Source of the DNA: Octopus bimaculoides
Lineage: Eukaryota
Direction: 5' to 3'
Length of the DNA stretch: 64,000 bases
NCBI RefSeq assembly: GCF_001194135.2
Contig: NC_068989.1
Location: 78,176,525-78,240,524 of the forward strand
In this document: positions 1-12,699 of the stretch, in pieces
Numbering within the stretch: the stretch's first letter is position 1
Layout of the letters: each line of letters starts with the position of its first letter
The notes under the pieces: model-generated
Seen by the model: the letters and a program-made list of their open reading frames with translations, nothing else
Told to the model about the DNA's origin: nothing
The model's database searches: none
Made by a program: the position numbers and the translations under genes

Positions 1-36
<36 letters not shown>
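1..36. repeat. (TA)n microsatellite
   Basis: Pure AT dinucleotide run at the window start. Confidence 0.95.
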
Positions 37-321
37 TTGTATATTAGTGTCGGGGTTGTATGTATGTGATTAGTAGATTTATAGAAATGCATGTGTGTAT
101 GTACGTGTTTGCACATGATCACTTCGAACTATAATCCACACTTTCTTCTCTTCGTCCGTGTGTTCTAAGAAGTGCTGCTAAATATGACTTCTTTTTCATT
201 TTAATACCTGAGGACTAAATAAAAGAATATTTAATGAACTATTGGTTTCAAATTTTGGTAAAATTGCAGCAATTTCAAGCAGGTAAGTCATCCACATTGG
301 GCTCCATTATTCAATTGATAA

Positions 322-450
322 TTATTTTTCCGACCTCAAAAAGAACAAAAGACAAAGTCGACCCCAGCAGAATTTGAAATCAGAACGTAAAGACGGTCGA
401 AGTGCTTGAAATATTTTGCTCGGCGTGTTAATGATTCCACCCGCTGACCT
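322..450 (-). mobile_element. SINE-like family A, degenerate partial copy
   Basis: CAAAGTCGACCCCAGCAGAATTTGAAATCAGAACGTA matches the reverse complement of the head of the copy at 13473. Confidence 0.7.
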
Positions 451-541
451 CTAATATGTCATGGCATATTAAGTAGTTTGTTAGATCTAGCATTAAATGT
501 TTATGTTATTAACTATTTTTTTCTTGAAAAACATACGGGGA

Positions 542-611
542 GCTCGATTCGACTGTTAAATTATTCAATTATTTATACGAGTTGCTCGATTCGACTGTTA
601 AATTATTCAAT
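542..611. repeat. Local tandem duplication (28-bp identical core, 42-bp period)
   Basis: GCTCGATTCGACTGTTAAATTATTCAAT at 542-569 and 584-611. Confidence 0.9.
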
Positions 612-1504
612 GAATTTAAGATTATGTATAATTTAGAAATCCAATGGATAACGTGTAGCACATTGTACGGGATTGTCATATTTGCTGGCTGTATTCACTG
701 AATATGTTGTTTAACCTTTCTATGCACTATACTATATACAGCAATATTAAATACTGTAAAAGTCATAAAGATTATGATAACGAAACAATTCTGGATCATA
801 CCGAAAATTGATGTGAATGTCAATTTGTTAAACGTATGAATTTTATTATCACAATAAATTCTGGATCTTTTAGTAGATGAACCGAGCACAAATATTCAAC
901 TTGAAAAGGCTTAACATGTACTCTTTGAAATAAACTAGTTATCGTCCATGTGATTTAGTACATTTTTCATTATAACATTGATATAAAACAAAAAATAAAG
1001 TACCAATGGTCTTTTCGTAAGGATTTCAAGATTTGTGAAGAAATGAACTAATACACCGGTAGGAAAATAGAAAAAACACCTATAAACAATCAAATTATGC
1101 AGAGACGTCAGCATACCTTGACTGGATTTCATGCAAAAAAGTAGACACCGTTAAATACACTCAAGAACCTGATACTAGTCCTAGAACTTAGTACTAGTAT
1201 AAATGTACAATGCAACCCACAAAATTTCCAGTATTGGATTTTGTTGATCGAATGTTAATGAATGGTAATGTTTTCAAGAAGAAGATCGGAAAGTAAAAAG
1301 ATAAAGTTTATGAATGGATAAAATTAAAATGCTCTAAATTATCACGTGTGGTGCTAAATCATTTCGGGCACATCATCGTGTTTTTAATAAAGCTTTCAAG
1401 GCACCATTATTTCAATTAAGTCATAATGACATTGTATGACACTATTTACCTCCAAGGTATCTTTTATTCAACTAATTTTGTCTCAGTTTATTTTCTTCCT
1501 TCAG

Positions 1505-1606
1505 TTTGAAAACATTTGCCAATTATCCAACATTCCGGAAAATGATTTAGCTGCAATGATAGGAATAGAAGAACGTTCTTCTGGCTTGTTAATTGACGCA
1601 TTAAAA
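1505..1606 (+). CDS. Candidate internal coding exon (phase 0-0), FENICQLSNIPENDLAAMIGIEERSSGLLIDALK; host gene unidentified
   Basis: Acceptor TTATTTTCTTCCTTCAG, donor AAA|GTATGT, 102 nt, open frame, protein-like composition. The reading frame is inferred. Confidence 0.5.
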
Positions 1607-1757
1607 GTATGTACCTGAGTGATACTATATGAACCTTGGCTGCTTAACGTTAAACATGTATACACCTTATCTCAGCTCTTGCTTGCTGGCTAGAACTGTA
1701 TTATTAACAAGTATCAGAGAAAAAATACGAAATTAATCGCGCAATAAATAACGGTTA

Positions 1758-1966
1758 CAAATTTTGGCACAAGAGCAGCAATTTTGTTGGGCGAGGCAAG
1801 TCGACTATATCCACTCCAGTGTTCAACTGATACTTATTTTATCGACTCCGAACGGATGAAAGGGGATGTCAACCTCGGTGGTATTTAAATTCGGAAAGTA
1901 AAGACGGGCAAAATGCCGCTAAGAATTTTGTCTGGAGCGCCAACGATTCTGCCAAGCTGCCGCCTT
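1758..1966 (-). mobile_element. SINE-like family A copy
   Basis: Near-full-length match to the other family A copies (CCAGTGTTCAACTG..ACTTATTTTATCGAC..GATTCTGCCAAGCTGCCGCCTT). Confidence 0.8.
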
Positions 1967-2117
1967 AATCATGCTATACACAATAGTATGACAATTAGCA
2001 TATTATATATTGTGGTTCTGGATTGGAAGACTCATTACAACGTCATGCAAAATGCCCAAGAGCTTTTGTTTCGGTTCCTCGTGTTCAAATCTATTTGCAT
2101 TTACTATTTCAAGGAGG

Positions 2118-2310
2118 AAGGCGGTGTCCTGGCGGAATTTTTATTGCTCCGGGAAAAATGCATAATGACATTTCTTCCGATTTTACGTTCTGATTTCCGG
2201 GATCGGCTTTGCCTTTAATCCTTTCCTGGTCGATAAGACAAGTACCAGCTGAGCATAGGGGACGATGTAATCGACTTAACTTCGTCTCTAAATTACTGTC
2301 CTTATACAAC
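2118..2310 (+). mobile_element. SINE-like family A, degenerate copy
   Basis: CTTTGCCTTTAATCCTTTCCTGGTCGATAAGACAAGTACCAG..GATGTAATCGACT body. Confidence 0.7.
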
Positions 2311-2649
2311 AATAATAATTTTTCTTTTTTGTTCTCAAATAATTTGGAGGTGAATTAAGAATTGTTTGACATACAGGATCCAAAACTGACATTCATTTAT
2401 TACCATCAGCTCAAGAGTTCAAGATACAGGGTCCGCAGTGTTTTATTGGTTTCTATTGTTTGTTTGTTTTTTTTCTTTCCATATTCATTAAAACGGGCTT
2501 CTGAAGAACTTGATATAATATATATTATATACTACAAACATACGGAGAAATTGGTTTTTCTTCAAAACCAGAATTTTTTCTTAAAATTCATCTGAAAATG
2601 TAATACGAATTTTTAAATAATTACGTAACAGTGACATAAACACACCTAC

Positions 2650-2878
2650 AGTGGTTGTCAAGCGGGTGGAGGGAAGACAAACTCAAACAAACAGACACAC
2701 GTACACACACATGCATGTATGTACGACAGGTTTTCAGTTTCTATCTACCAGATCCACTCACAAGCATCTGTTCGGCCCAAGGCTATAGTAGAAGGCGCCT
2801 GCTCAAAAGGCCACACAGCAGAACTGAACTCGGAACCATGTGGTTGGTAACTAGCTTTCTTACCACACAGCCGCGCCT
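2650..2878 (-). mobile_element. SINE-like family B copy with internal (CA)n
   Basis: TCCACTCACAAG..GGCTATAGTAGAAG..GAACCATGTGGTTGGTAA..TTACCACACAGCC matches the copies at 26282, 29862 and 63311. Confidence 0.85.
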
Positions 2879-3319
2879 ATCAAACATCACAGAATATTTT
2901 GCCATATATGCAATATATTATTATCATATATCTAGGTTATATTTATAATTTAAGTGGCATATAGCAAACATTTCTGAAGTATATATATACTATAAATGCA
3001 ATGTAATTGCATCTATATTTAGAGGAATTTATTTAATGCAGTAAAATAAAAGCAAAAAAGAAATGTTTGATGGAAACAAGTTTGGTGTGTAGCTTCAAAG
3101 AAAGTATAATATTCGCTCCCCAGAGTAAAGTGCTAGTATATCGGAAGTGAGGTTTTTACCAAATATATATCATATGAAAAAAAATTATTCTAAAAATACA
3201 TCTTTATATTCTAAAAATATTTATTTATAAAGCTGTTATGTACAATTATATTTTCTGGATGAATGGTTGACTCTCGATAAACAGAATCATTTCCAGTATT
3301 ATTAAACATGAAATATTTA

Positions 3320-3347
3320 TAAACACACCACACACACAAGCGCACAC

Positions 3348-3391
<44 letters not shown>

Positions 3392-3453
3392 GCGCACACA
3401 CGTAAACTCATATATATATATATGTGTGCGTGTGTGTGTGTGTCTGTGTTTGC

Positions 3454-3502
<49 letters not shown>

Positions 3503-3691
3503 GTTCTCATTTTTAACCTAGCAAATATATCGCAATATTAGATATAGTTACTCAAATAAGTTTCTACTATCAACATAAGCGCTCTGCATGAGATGCCATT
3601 AACACCAACAGAAAAGAATCTATCAGGCAAACATATGTGTGTGAGTGTTTATGTGTCTGTGTACGTGCACATATATGTATATATGTATGTG

Positions 3692-3759
<68 letters not shown>

Positions 3760-3830
3760 CTCCCAAGAAACAACAGTATTTGTGTGTGTGTGTGTGTGTG
3801 TGTTTTGGGTGTAAGCCTGTGTGTGTGTAA
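3320..3830. repeat. Compound (CA)n/(TA)n/(TG)n microsatellite blocks
   Basis: Runs visible at about 3320-3500 and 3630-3830. Confidence 0.9.
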
Positions 3831-4454
3831 ATATATACGAAATATGTGTGAATTAGGAAACAGCGGCGAGTGAAATTTAGCAAATAGAATTGTACCTTTA
3901 CCGTATATTGACAATAGAAAAATGATCTAATATTGGGGCATATAAGGTTTGTAACGGAAACAATGTACATTAGTACGCATGGGAATAATCGACATGGGTG
4001 GAATTTGAACACGGAACGTAAACCGACGGAAGAATTGCTGCTAACGCGGCGTACAAACGATCTCGTCTACTCACCGCTTTGGGACCGGTTTAGATTAAAA
4101 TACGTGGATTAGTTGCAACTATGTAATTTAATTATTTATTTTATTACAGAATAAATTGATTAAATACGATTCTGAAATTGCAATTAAATGTTAATTAATA
4201 TTTCTACGAAATAACAAAGATTCTAATAAATTCTGCGTTAAACCAGTAAAACAAATGGGCCGTTTTTTTGCGCGTGCTTGTTTCTATGAAACACATTTCT
4301 GGTATTATTGGCAGAACAATCTTGAAATAAAGAGTGTTACGTCGTGATTGTTTTTGGTACGATCTGCCACGATTGAAATGGAGGCGCCCTCACATTAGGT
4401 AGTGAGCAAAAAACATCATTTTCATTAAATATAATCACATCTGTAGTAATCGCT

Positions 4455-5046
4455 TTTCCTACAGGCTCAAGATCTTTAACTTTGGAGTAGAGAGAGTCGA
4501 TTACATCGACTCCAGTGCTTAAATGGTACATATTTCAGCGATCTCGAAAGAATCAAAGCCAAAGACGTCTACGGGGAAATTTGAACTCAGAACATAACAG
4601 CGTATGAAATACGTCTAAATATTTTGTCTTAAATATTAACAATACTCCAGGTCGTCGCTTTAATTGCATCTATAATAAGAATTTAAATTTTTTGCACCAG
4701 GTCAGTAATTTCGGAGAAGGGAATAAGTCGATTGCATCGCACTCAGTGGACAACATGTTGTTAAGCATTTCGCAAGGTGTGCTAAGGAATCTGCCAGTTC
4801 GTCGCTTTATTGGCATCTATAATGAGGGTTTCGAATTTTCCCACAAGAGCGGCAATTTGGAGGGTGGGATACGTCGAATACATCGACCCTAGTATTCAGC
4901 TGGTACTTATTTCATCGACCCCCTCCCACCGAAGGATAAAAGGCAAAGTCGACCTTGGTGCAATTTGAACTCAGAACGTAGCGACGGGCGAAATACCGCT
5001 ACGCATATCGTCCAGCGCGCAAATGATTCTGCCAGCTCACTGCCTT
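4455..5046 (-). mobile_element. Cluster of family A SINE-like copies (about 4455-4660, 4690-4750 partial, 4825-5046 well preserved)
   Basis: Repeated GTCGA(T/A)TACATCGAC..CTGGTAC..AAAGGCAAAGTCGACCTTGGTGCAATTTGAACTCAGAACGTA motif. Confidence 0.8.
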
Positions 5047-5084
5047 ATTCATATCTATAATAATGAGGATATATATTAGTTCTC

Positions 5085-5919
5085 GTCAAACGACAAAAAC
5101 TGGGAGAAAAAATGGAATTTTCCCACACTGCTATAGAGAAGCATCTTCACTCGATGGGAAAGGTTTAGAAGTATGGAGCATGGGTTTCGCATGCTTCAAG
5201 TGACAACAACAAAAATCAACGAGTCACAATCTCCGCTGGTCTGCTTGTTCGTCGCCGGTCAGGTCATTGACACAAGCAAGGATTTCTTTACCGAATCGAT
5301 ACTGGGGACCAGATATGGTGCCTGTACATCAATATGAAGCAGCGTAAGGAATTGCTTAGCCCAAAAAACAAGCGACACCGCGCCTGCAACAAAATCTTCA
5401 TCCGCGTAAAACGATGTTGTGCGTATGGTTGGATTGCGAAGGAATTATCCATTACGAATTGCTTGAACGGAACCTAACGGTCAGCGCAGAATTCTATGTT
5501 CAAAAGATGGAACACAGCTATTCAAGAGAAATGACCTAATCGGCAGCATGGTGTTCTGCTGCACGACAACGCCCGCCCTCATATCGCCAATAGGACCAAG
5601 GAAGCCATTCAAACGCATGGCTGGGAAGTGCTGCCACACCTGCCATACTCTCCTGATTTGACATCAATGGATTTCCACTTGGAAACCAACGAAGTTTCCT
5701 TCAATACTGATGCAGAATTGAAAGCTTGGTTGGATCAATTTTTCGAGTCGAAATCGGGTGATTTTCTACCAACGAGATATTGAAAATCTTATGGAACGTT
5801 GGGAAGAAGTTGTAAAGAACAAGGCTGAATACATTATTGAGTAATTAGTTGTTTTTTCTTTAACCTTTAAACAAATTTAAATTTGAAACAGCAGCGGGAA
5901 CTTAGTTGCCACCCCAATA
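5085..5919 (+). mobile_element. Mariner transposon relic, 5'-truncated, frameshifted transposase, right TIR present
   Basis: Fragments translate to KYGAWVSHA (WVPHEL-like), FLYRIDTGDQIW (TGDEKW-like), KTMLCVW, LLHDNARPH and GWEVLPHLPYSPDL. The element ends ..AACTTAGTTGCCACCCCAA followed by TA. Confidence 0.92.
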
Positions 5920-6039
5920 TATAAGAGTGTGTATGTGTGCGTTTGTGTGTGTGTACGTGTGTATGTGTGTGTGTATTTGTGTGTGTATGTGTGTGTGTGT
6001 TTGTTTGTGTATGTGTGTATGTGTGTGTTTGTGTGTGTC

Positions 6040-6225
6040 TCTCCACCATATTGTGGTAGCCGGTGTTGATCAGTTTACATCCCCGAAATTAGCGGTTCGG
6101 TCTCAGAGACTGACCGAATAAGTATCAGACAAAATTATTAGTAGTAAAGTCGATTTGTACGACTAAATCTTTCAAGGCGAGGTAACAGCATGGCCACCAT
6201 CCAAAGAGTGGAAAGCAGAAAATAT
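6040..6225 (+). mobile_element. Family B SINE-like 3' half, preceded by (TG)n
   Basis: CCCCGAAATTAGCGGTTCGG..GAATAAGTA..GTCGATTTG..GACTAAA..CAGCATGGCC. Confidence 0.7.
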
Positions 6226-8884
6226 AAAAGCATACATTAACAGACATCAAACTAGATTTAGTTGCATAAACTGGCACGTGCACAAATGTTATTGGCGAAA
6301 ACATGACTTCATTTTCGTCACTTACGGTCCGCTATTGTGATATGTTTCTGCCTAAAGTAAAAGGAGACAATATTTATGAGAACATAGAATATTAATGCAA
6401 TCATAAGAAGTGAATAGAAATTGCCATATAAAGATTATTGAAAATTATTTGCTATTTCTGTGTCTTTTTCTCTATTAATTTTTTTTCGCTGAAGAATTAA
6501 TGGTGATGTGCCTTGAGTCAAATCAAATTAACAATTATTAAAATTTTAATTAAAACTTAATATGTTCTCCTTTGTAACTCGCTACTGTTTGATCTGTTTC
6601 GCTGAAAAGAGCTCTTGATTTCATTAAATTATTTATTGATTGGAAATTTTATACTGACAACGTTTCGTGACAGTCAGAGAGAAGTATTGTTACATAAATA
6701 AAATAAAAATGAAATATTTGTGTGTGTTTTTCAATTCGGTTTTATATTCGAAATTAAATTAAACACTCGTTAATGTTGATCTTATATTAGACGATATTAA
6801 TACAACACACATTTTAATTTGTAATTATAAAGATATAGCAATAATTTCTTTCAACCAAAAAGCAATGAGATGACAGAAACAGCAGACAAAAACAAGATTA
6901 TGTTATTTAGTTTCATGTCTCAATATTTGCAAATCAAAGCCTAACGTGTGTCATTTTGTCATTCATCTTTCTCTGTCCGATGGCATTAGGCCAGTAAATA
7001 CACTGAAGTAGATTCGATTAGTAAGACCCTTCATTTGAAACAATGACCTTGTGTGTAATTAAATTTAATTGACACTAATTATAGCGACAGTAAATAGTAT
7101 TTTGTACTTTAGAAGTAACACAAAAGGAACTCTTATATTTGTTTTAAGTTAATTCCTAAAGTGCGTTATATATTATATTATAGAAAAATGCAAATATAAT
7201 AATATCAGTATGCAATTTAGTACACAGTTTTATAATGTCTATACTCTCAGCTACAGAGACTGACCTTATCATTATTCGTTTTGGATCTTACGTAATATGT
7301 ATTAAGCATTATGTGTAGAGTATAATGACATTAAAGACAAACACCCAGAGAGTTGACTTTCCAATAACCATTTCACTTCAATAACGTCATTAATCTATTT
7401 ATGAAAGACATGTATTTCATTACATTTTATCCCTAAATATATAGAAGATGGATAAAGTAAAGCTCTATCTATAGAAGTCAAAAATGATTGATTAAATTGA
7501 GAAACCATTTTAACATATTACAAGCAATAGCTTCAAGTGGCAATCACGTGTATCAGTTTTACTCAATTACTTAAAACTCTCTCTCATATTATGAAATTAC
7601 CGGAACAGTTTAAATTCACTCAAATTTAATATATACTGTGGAACAAACAGTATAGCTGCAAAAGCAATTTCTTTAGTCATCAGTTAGCTATAATTTGTTG
7701 CGTATTCCTTTAATAAATACAGAGTAATATAATATATTACGCATCGACTGATCTATGTTGGTTCTTTCAGCAGATCCTATTAGAAATACTATTATGCAAC
7801 AGCTATCTCGCCAAAAATATAGAGAGAAAAATTTCTGCAGTTTCTCTCAAAGAATCAGTTGCTTTATGATCGTCTGAAATGAAAAGTAAAAAAGAAAAAA
7901 ATGTTTTGAACTTCGACTTGCCACGAAGCATTTGACCGATTTCTTGAACGTGAAACTCGCTGCAGATATTCCAAAATGAAATGAAACTTTTGTAGTATTA
8001 ATCATATAGAGACGATGTCCACGAAAAGAAGTTTCATAAATATTTAATTTATTTTAACCATATAACCTGAACTGATAAACATGTCAGATGCTTGAATAAG
8101 GATTCATGACAAAGTTTATGTGAATAATTGATTAAATTTACAATATGTTTCAGCACAGGGTATTAGACACATTTATATAGAATTGAGTTGATTAAGTCCA
8201 AACAAAATATTATATTTATGGTTTTCTTTAGTTATCAGTGAGTTATGACATTTTATAGTTTAATCTGACACTATTTCTATCAAAATGTGTAAACAACAAA
8301 AGCATGTCTGTCGTCAGCTGTTATTTATTTTTTTAATTTAATTTTAACCCGAAAATAAAAATGATGAAATATAGTAATTATGATATTTGAGTCATGTATC
8401 AACGCCAATAAATAAATTATTATATGTTTATATTTTGTTAGGATTTAATTAACTGAGGACATTTTCGGTTATATATAAAATTCTTTCAATACATTATTAT
8501 AGGAACCGTTATGAATAAATTGTTATCACCTTTATATATAAAGCATAGGTTTTTTGATTAACTTTACTGCATACAAATTTATATATACAACAAAAATATA
8601 GGAAAATATGCAGATGTTGACAGACTGCAATATTTCTACTAATATCTTTAGAAATATCGATATTTTAGATGTTTAAAATTAAAATATTTTTCCATTCGAA
8701 ATTACTTCACAAAATCTGGTTTATTTTTAATGATTTAGAATTTTAATGAAATACGTATGAGACATAACACATCATACGCACACATGTGCACACATGTATA
8801 TATAAAAACACACATACATGTATACTGAGAGGGAAGTAGAAAGAGAAAGAGAAAGCACAACAACTTCTGTCACATACGCGAGAG

Positions 8885-9541
8885 TAGTCTTTCCCAAACT
8901 TTTTGCGCCAAGTTGCAATATCGCCCACCTATCGGCCAAAATATTCTCCTTCGCTCACCTGTGTAACAGAAACCCTGACACAACTACTCCCCTAAGAAAA
9001 ATCCCCTTGGAGAACACCCCCAACCACTTGTATCATTTGACACGCATACTATATCGTAGACTCGTTGCCCGGTTAGTGCTGTTTGGACTAAATATGCGGT
9101 TGTTTACAAATCCTATATCGTGGGTAGGCTTTGCCTTTAGTGTGAATAAAATTCTAACGTTAACTATATATTATGCAGACAAATTAACTTCGGTAGATGA
9201 TTATAATGGAGTGATTTCAGGCCTAGGCATATTTGGCTGCTATTTTTGGAACATATGACTGAACGATAAAAAATTTCGATCGATAAATAAGTTCGATTTT
9301 TTTAATACAAAGAGACGTCTCACGCGAGTAGTCATATCGATAAAGTGGCATCCTTATTCTAGGCATGCCTAGATATATTTAAATGCAACTTTAAATGCTG
9401 ATCATTCTTTGTCACACACAGAATGTTCACATCGCAAACCAAAATCTCAAATCACCCACCATTTTCTCGAAATTCACCCACCGTCTACCTGTAAGTTGAA
9501 ATCGCCCACCGGTGGGCGATATCACCCACTTTGGGAAGCTA
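8885..9541. mobile_element. Possible hAT-type non-autonomous element ends
   Basis: Left end TAGTCTTTCCCAAA, right end TTTGGGAAGCTA; perfect 20-bp palindrome ATCGCCCACCGGTGGGCGAT at 9501-9520 near the right end. No clean 8-bp TSD. Confidence 0.35.
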
Positions 9542-9854
9542 TGTGCGAGAGTCACGGGGCAAAATCATCGAATATTGTTATCTAACTTGTGGGGTAGAAT
9601 TTCTAAAGAAATCTTAAATTTGTTTAGAAATCCTAACCGACGTGAGTATGCTTGTGTATGTGTTTGCTTGTGTGTGCGCGCGTGTGAGTATGTGAATAAG
9701 TGTGAACGTATGTGTGTGCACATACATATGTGTGCATATATGTGTGTGTGTACATGTGTACGTGTCTGTGTTCGTGTAAGTAATAAGTGATAGAATGTGT
9801 TACCCGCTTCGCTTCTTTTTATACATTTGTTTCAGTCATTAGACAGAAATTGAC

Positions 9855-9941
9855 AGAAATTGAACTTAGAACGTAGAGACAGATGACATACCGCTATGCA
9901 TTTCGCCTAGCGTGCTAACGTTTCTGCCAGCTCGTCGCCTT
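9855..9941 (-). mobile_element. Family A SINE-like head fragment
   Basis: GAACTTAGAACGTAG..CATTTCGCCTAGCGTGCTAACGTTTCTGCCAGCTCGTCGCCTT. Confidence 0.8.
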
Positions 9942-12035
9942 ACTGTTAACTTTTATTATACATGTACTCGTATGTGTTCTTTGCTATTTATTCCAAAATG
10001 TAAACATTATCATCATTAAAAAAAAAAATCACCATTATTCTTTATATCCTTACATAATCTCGTACAACATCGCATTTTTAGTATTGTTTGTAGTGTAATT
10101 TGAGGGAGATTTGGCTGATTATTTCTTGTATTCTTGGTCATCTTACTTATATGCGTGACTGAATTCTGGGATATTGCTAAATTTTTTTTCAGATATTCAA
10201 ACCTTCGTTAGACACACGTGGTAGGGTGTGAAATGACATAAGGTGCAACTGATATTTCTAGCATGTCGGCCTTTCACGTACAGGGCAATTTGGTTGTTAT
10301 TATTTAACCATTTTATCCAGATATATCACACAAGTCCAGTCGTGATCATCTTTTCTTTTTGTATAGACGGGACCACTATTTCTAGTCCACCACTGTTTAA
10401 AAGTTGTGTAAGTTGAGGCAAATTTGAGTGCTATTTCTAGATATTCGCGTGGTGACATTGTAGCTCCTTCATTTCCTTGTGCACTGTTTAGTTTCTGTTG
10501 AACGCCGGTGTAACTGATTGAAATTAGTTTAAAAGACCTTTCTATCCTTCACAATCCTTTGTTACTCTATATGACGGACAGCACTGTTAAATATGTTTTC
10601 CTCTTTCTAAAACGGTTGCGGCAGTTCATTGGACAGTGCAAAGATTTCCATGTGGTTCGTGACTTTTTCGTTTACGGTTTAGTCCTAGATAACACCGTCA
10701 GCGTATGGGGAATACACCATGGCCATCCAGCCGAGACAATCCATTTGCTTTATTATTTTTTTTAAAGATAGTGCACAGAGTCAAAAATATAAACATTGAC
10801 ATTTTATTCAAGGCTGTACGCTATAGACGAGAAAAAATATGCACACACACACGAATGGCTTTCATTTCAGCAAGAAGACAACACTGCATTCCAAGATGTG
10901 TCATTTTTATAGCAGTCTTACCTACGCCTAGAAGAGATGTGTTTGAATGTATCCCTAGTCTCACCTGCTGGCCCATTGACCTCTACAATAAGCTGTTAAA
11001 TGTCATCTAATATGTGTATACGTTTCTGGGGGGGGGGGTCGTTCGTGTGTGTGGACGAGCGTGTGCGTGTGTATGCGTAGGTGCGCGTGTGTATGCGTAG
11101 GTGCCCGTGTGTGTGTGAATGAGTGCATGCGCTACATAGAGCAAGTCACTCCTTTCATCTGCTGTCGACTGGCAATAAAGAAGATTTCGGTACTTTGCGC
11201 TAGTATCGCCCCTTCTAATGGTACAAAGCAACATTGATGCAACAGGGAAGCCTATGTTACTTGAGGGTACTCTGTAGCACTTCATCCAGCGCGCACGCAC
11301 ACACGCTCACACACACACGCACACACTCACAAACACGCACGAACGCATGTACACACACACAGACATATATTTCTGTTTGTACACATGTATGTATACATAT
11401 ATAAACACACACGCGTATATGTATATATGTGTGTGCGCCTGTACTAACAAATACATACATATGCACACACATATTTACATACAAGTATGTGTTTGTGTGA
11501 GTGTGTTATATTATATTATATATATGTATAGATACATTTAGGTCTGTATATATGTATGTATATATGTATGTGTGTGGGGGGAATTATCTGAGTGGGATGT
11601 GAAAAGTAGCAAAATTCCGCTCCAATTTATATTAGCTAATGAATGTTTTTGATTAGATATTTGCTCGCTTAATTTTCACATTATTCTAATCATCATTACT
11701 AACAAACACAAACTGGCAAACTCTCAGATGCCACAGACGTTTGAACTACAAAGTAACAACGGTCTTCTGTCTTTTGCTCTATCTCTTACTATGTATCAGC
11801 GTGCGATACGTGGGTTAGATAAACAAGGAGAAACATTTCAGAGCGACAGAGAGACAGAGATTACTAGATAAAACTGGGGTGCAATAACAAATACCCGCTT
11901 AGATAAAGGATATGTAGTGAACCAGAAGTTGTAATGGTATTAAAATATCAGCCATTCTTTACTCTGTCAATGCACATTACGAATCGGAAAGAAACGTATG
12001 CTGCTAGTGTAAGAGCTTCCAATTATAATATATGT

Positions 12036-12205
12036 GTGGGCGCAGGCGTCGCTGTATGGTAAGAGGTTTGCTTCCCAATCACACGGTTCCGAGTTCAGCC
12101 CCACTGCATGGCATCTTGGGTATGTGACTTATACTATAGCCTCGGGTCGATCAGATTTCTGTGATGGGTTTGCTAGATGGAAGCTAAACCAAGCACGTCG
12201 TACAC
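12036..12205 (+). mobile_element. Family B SINE-like 5' half
   Basis: tRNA-like head GCTGTATGGTAAG..GGTTCCGAGTTCAGCCCC, then CTATAGCCTCGGG, ending in (CA)n. Confidence 0.8.
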
Positions 12206-12264
12206 ATACATACACACACACGCACACAAACTCACACACATGCACACACACACACATATAGTAC

Positions 12265-12557
12265 AGTAGCACTCTGTCGGTTACGGCGACGAGGGTCTCA
12301 GCTGATTCGATCAACGGAACAGCTTGATCGTGAAATTAACGTGAAAGTGACTTAGCATTCCATGAACACGCGTACCCTTAACATGGTTCTCAAGGAGATT
12401 CAGAGTGACAGAGACTGTGACAAGGCTGCCCCTTTGAAATGTAGGCTGAGTGCACTTGAGCAACGTAAAATAAAGTGTCTTACTCAAAGATAGAACGAGT
12501 CGCCGGGAATTGAACTCACGATATTACGATCGTGAGCCGTAACCACTAAGCCATCCA
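12265..12557 (-). mobile_element. SINE-like family C copy
   Basis: Body TCGATCAACGGAACAGC..GTGAAATTAACGTG shared with 56298-56683; tRNA-like head (reverse complement) at about 12495-12557. Confidence 0.8.
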
Positions 12558-12561
12558 CCTT

Positions 12562-12668
12562 CGAGGCTATAGTAGAAGACACCTGCCCCAGGTGCCACGC
12601 AGTGGGACTGAACCCAGAAACATGTGGTTGGGAAGGAAGCATCTTACCACACAGCAACGCCTGCGCCT
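12562..12668 (-). mobile_element. Family B SINE-like head fragment
   Basis: GAGGCTATAGTAGAAGACACCTGCCCCAGGTGCCACGCAGTGGGACTGAACCC..TTACCACACAGC. Confidence 0.85.
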
Positions 12669-12699
12669 CATATATATATGTAGTAATCGAAGTGTATTG

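Noticed and set aside
695-1132. Two same-frame hydrophobic minus-strand ORFs resembling GPCR transmembrane helices
   Set aside because: Several stops separate them, no GPCR motif is present, and AT-rich DNA yields such F/I/L-rich frames by chance.
3211-4012. ORFs rich in YI/CV/HT repeats (also at 11 kb, 19 kb, 32 kb, 47.8 kb, 57 kb, 61-64 kb)
   Set aside because: They are translations of dinucleotide microsatellites.
6326-6351. Micro-exon candidates with good splice sites (also 10965-10982 -, 29717-29750 +, 52624-52650 -)
   Set aside because: Such site pairs are expected by chance in 64 kb of AT-rich DNA, and no consistent protein can be assembled.
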